64,000 nt of DNA. It comes from Malacoraja senta. Taxonomy: Eukaryota. A program made the translations under genes and the position numbers. The stretch is from positions 3,410,001 through 3,474,000 of the forward strand of contig CM075989.1 in the NCBI GenBank assembly GCA_038087875.1, read 5' to 3'. Positions within the stretch are counted from its first letter, which is position 1. Each line of letters begins with the position of its first letter. Positions 60,322 to 64,000 of this stretch are shown in pieces. The notes beneath the pieces are model-generated. The model saw only the letters and a list, made by a program, of their open reading frames with translations, did no database searches and had not been told where the DNA came from.

Positions 60322-63300
60322 GTAAACCAATGCTTCCCCCCCCACGTACATATTTAACTCATTTTTACAATTAATGGTCGCAACCTTTCATTGCTGCATC
60401 TGAGAAACTGTGCTTTTGACTTTTTTTATCACATCCGCTAGTCCTTAAGTCCAAGATTCACTAAACTGTCTTCAGAGACATGATGACACTGTAATTTAAA
60501 ATATTGTCCTATTAGCTGAAGACTCCTTTCAATATAAACAGATATGACAGATTTGCATTCTGCTGGTTGTATGGGTTCAACGTTAAATTAGTTTTGGCAG
60601 CGTCCGTTTAATTAATAGTAATTGGAAAGGAATAGGAAAAGATCATAAGAAATAGGAGCAGAATTAGGCAATTCGACCCATCAAGTCTACTCCATCATTC
60701 AATCATGGCTGATCTATCTTTCCCTCTCAACCCCATTCTCCTGCCTTCTCCCCATAACCCCTGGCACCCGTACTAATCAAAAATCCTGATTGCAAATTTA
60801 GAAAGGCCACAAAGAGGACTGTGTGGATTTCCACCCGGTGGCAGCCCTGTGACCGTGTGGATTTCCTCCTGGTGCTCCGGTTTCCTCCCACATCCCAAAG
60901 GAACAGCTTTGGGAAGTCCGATTCACCTCTACCCCATTGTGGACGTTGGACTTTGTCAATGGAACTGATGGGCTACAATGCTGAGAACTATATTCGCCAC
61001 TCTTCCACTTTATCTATTGTACTTGAGTTTGACTTGATTGTATTTATCTATGGTATTATCCAATCTGTTTGGATATCATGCAAAACAAAACTTTCCACTG
61101 TACACTTGACAATAATGTGGCACCTAAACCGAAAGATTTGCCGGTTTATAGGTTAATTTGCCTCTGCAACATTTTTTTTTTAAAATTCCAGTGTGTAGGG
61201 AGTTTATGACAAAATGGAATAACATACAACTAGTGCTAACGGGTGATCGATGATTGGCAGTGGACTGTAGGGTATGTTTCCCTGCTGTATCACTAAACTA
61301 AACTATATCAAAATGTGGTGCTAGCGACATACAGATTGCTGTATGATTTTTTATTTCTGGTTCTGCTTCATTGATATTGTAGTCCCCTGGGAGTTCTTGA
61401 TTGAATGTTGTCGAGGGAGTTACTGTGGATTGAACACATTCCCAGCCTCACCGAGAAGCACTCGATGCTGGGCCTGGCTCCAATCTGAGAATTAATGTCC
61501 CTTGCCCTGAAGTACATGTAAATTCATCAATAACATTTGCCCTTTCCCCAGCGAGATTCTGTATATATTCTACACAATATCCTCTTCAGACTGACAAACA
61601 ATAATCTCCATCCAGTTTCCTGATTGATGGCAGGTTAGATCTCAACAATAATTAGTGGTATCTGCCAGCATATCCATGCATTGTACATTTGTATCATTGG
61701 TTTTGTCCAGAGGGAAATATTAAACTATTGATTAGAAACATTGCTAATGTTTTCACTTCTGTGTTTAAGAAGCAGAAAACCTGAGAGTCGCACAATTTAT
61801 CATATTTGTTTGCAAAGCATGATATGCCAAATCTGTTTTCTGGGTCCTGTTTGATGGAGCTGATGTTAATATAATAATCTAAGCAAAATTTTTGAGAATG
61901 TGGAGCTGAACTGCAGATATTAGGATGAGGGGTAGGCAGTGTAAAACGTTGGGTAGCCCGAGTGCCAACATCCGAAGATCGGGATGTAGAAACTAGGAAC
62001 TGCAGGTGCTGCTTTACCAAGGAAAGACACAAAACGCTGGAGTAACTCAACGGGTCAGGCAGCATCTTGATGGTGCTGAGCTACCATCAACCTCTTTGGA
62101 GACCCTCTGACCATCTTTAATTGGATTTTACTGGAGTTTTATCTTGCACTAAATATTATTCCCTTTGTCTTATATCTGTACACTGTAGACGGCTCGATTG
62201 AAATCATGTACGGTCTCTCCGCTGACTAGTTAGCACACAACAAAAAGCTTTTCACTGCACCGCTACACGTGATAATAAACTAAACAAAATATTCCTGGAG
62301 AATATGGATAGGTGACGTTTCGGGAAAGGACCCATCTTTAGACTGATTGCAGGCATGGGGGGGGGGGGTGGGGGAAACAGAGCTAGAAGAGTGGAGGGGC
62401 AGAACAAAGCATGGCGGATCATTAGTGAATACCAGTGAGGGGAAGCCAAGCGTAGACTGCATCCAGTGTTCTTGATGTGGCCTCCTGTACATCGGCGAGA
62501 TCAAGTGTAGATTCGGCAACAGTTTTGCTCTGTCTGCCAAGGCTTACGGGAACTCCCAGTTGCTAATAATTTTACCTCCCCTTCCCATACTAAGCTTACT
62601 GTCCTGGTCCTCCTCCATTGCCAGAATGAGGTCACACGCAAACTGGAGGAAAAACACCTCATATTCTACTTGGGTAACAAACAACCAAATGGTATGAACA
62701 TTGAATTCTGAAACTTTAGGTAACCTCTACAGCTCCACCCCCCTCCCCTCCTCCCCAGAACCCTGGATAACTGCATCTATCACTACCCTCCGGTCCCACT
62801 AAACAATTTGCAACTCATCAATCCTCTAGCTTCACAATCGCAACTCTCTTGCCTCACACCTTGCGTGCGTTCATCCCTGGCCTTTGTAAACCCCCTTTGC
62901 CTTTGTGGCCTGCTTTCCTTTGTCCTGCCCCTACACTCTTCTAGCCTTCTTTCCCCCTACCCCTGCAATCGGTCTGAACAAGGATCCCTACCCATGTCAC
63001 CTGTCCATGTTCTCCACGGATGCTGCCATTAAGGGTTTGGACACGCTAGAGGCAGGAAACATGTTCCCAATGTTGGGGGAGTCCAGAACCAGGGGCCACA
63101 GTTTAAGAATAAAAGGTAAGCAATTTAGAACGGAGATGAGGAAACAATTTTTCTCACAGAGTTGTGGATCTGTGGAATTCACTGCCTCAGAGGGTAGTGG
63201 AGGCTGGTTATCTGGATACTTTCAAGAGAGAGCTCGATAGGGCTCTTGAAGATAGCGGGGTCAGGGGATATGGGGAGAAGGCAGGAACGGGGTACTGATT

Positions 63301-64000
63301 GTGGATGATCAGCCATGATCACATTGAATGGCGATGCTGGCTCGAAGGGCCGAATGGCCTACTCCTGCACCTATTGTCTATTGAGTCGATGTGTTACTCC
63401 AGCATTTTGAGTGTTAGCGTAAAGATCACTTGGTTCGAGTTTCTGGACATGGTGATGTTGAACAATGCAATGCTATTACTGAATAAACAAAAAAATAGTG
63501 GAAACGGAAACATGGGTCTTTTTTGCTTTGTCCCAGAGAACAAACATTCATTCGTTAAGTAATTTAAAATAACCATTTCAAACTGTGTCATTAGCAATAA
63601 TCAAAATTCTATTGGAGGAATATTATTGACTTTGGGAGATGTGTTTACTAAAATCAGTTTTAAACTTTTGTTGCATTTAAAGAAGGCTGCAAAATCTCCC
63701 TCTAGTCAATCTGTGTTTACATGCTTTTGATTGGATTGAATTGATTGCCAGATGCAGCAGGGAAACAGGCCTTTCGGCCCACACTAATTCTGTGTTATCC
63801 CACTTTCGCATCCAATCCCTACACACTCAGGGCAATTTACAGAATCCAATTAACCTACAAAACTTTGAGGTGTGGGAGGGAAGCTGGAGCACCTGGAGAT
63901 AACCCACTCAGTCACAGGTAAAACATGCAAACTTGACACAGACAACATCTGAGATCAAGATTGAACCGAGTCTGGCACTGCGAGATAGAAGCTCTACCGG

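Larger units (their letters stand above)
35948..64000 (+). repeat. Large direct duplication, copy 2
   Basis: Colinear near-identical match to 1-28372 with SNPs, small indels and two insertion polymorphisms. Confidence 0.99.

Overview
Vertebrate nuclear DNA, most likely a cartilaginous fish such as a skate or ray (inferred from the CR1/HE1-type SINE/Penelope repeat landscape; not proven). The genic content is the conserved head-to-head pair MRPL46 (- strand) and MRPS11 (+ strand) sharing a ~0.5 kb CpG-island bidirectional promoter, and the whole locus is present twice. Positions 1-28372 match 35948-64000 nearly base for base, on either side of a 200-N gap (32076-32275). I found no further MRPS11 exon before the gap and no further MRPL46 exon after it, which points to an uncollapsed second haplotype rather than a true tandem duplication. 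The two copies expose presence/absence insertions and coding variants. The introns are packed with CR1 LINE pieces, tRNA-derived SINEs, Penelope-like element (PLE) remnants and two TIR DNA elements. The most notable signal is a high-copy family of ~100-210 bp PLE-terminus-derived mini-elements. They carry a minimal hammerhead-ribozyme motif (CUGAAGA-stem II-GAAAC-GUC), several have 13-14 bp target-site duplications, and many form inverted pairs. Repeat boundaries are read by eye and are approximate unless a TSD or splice site is given.
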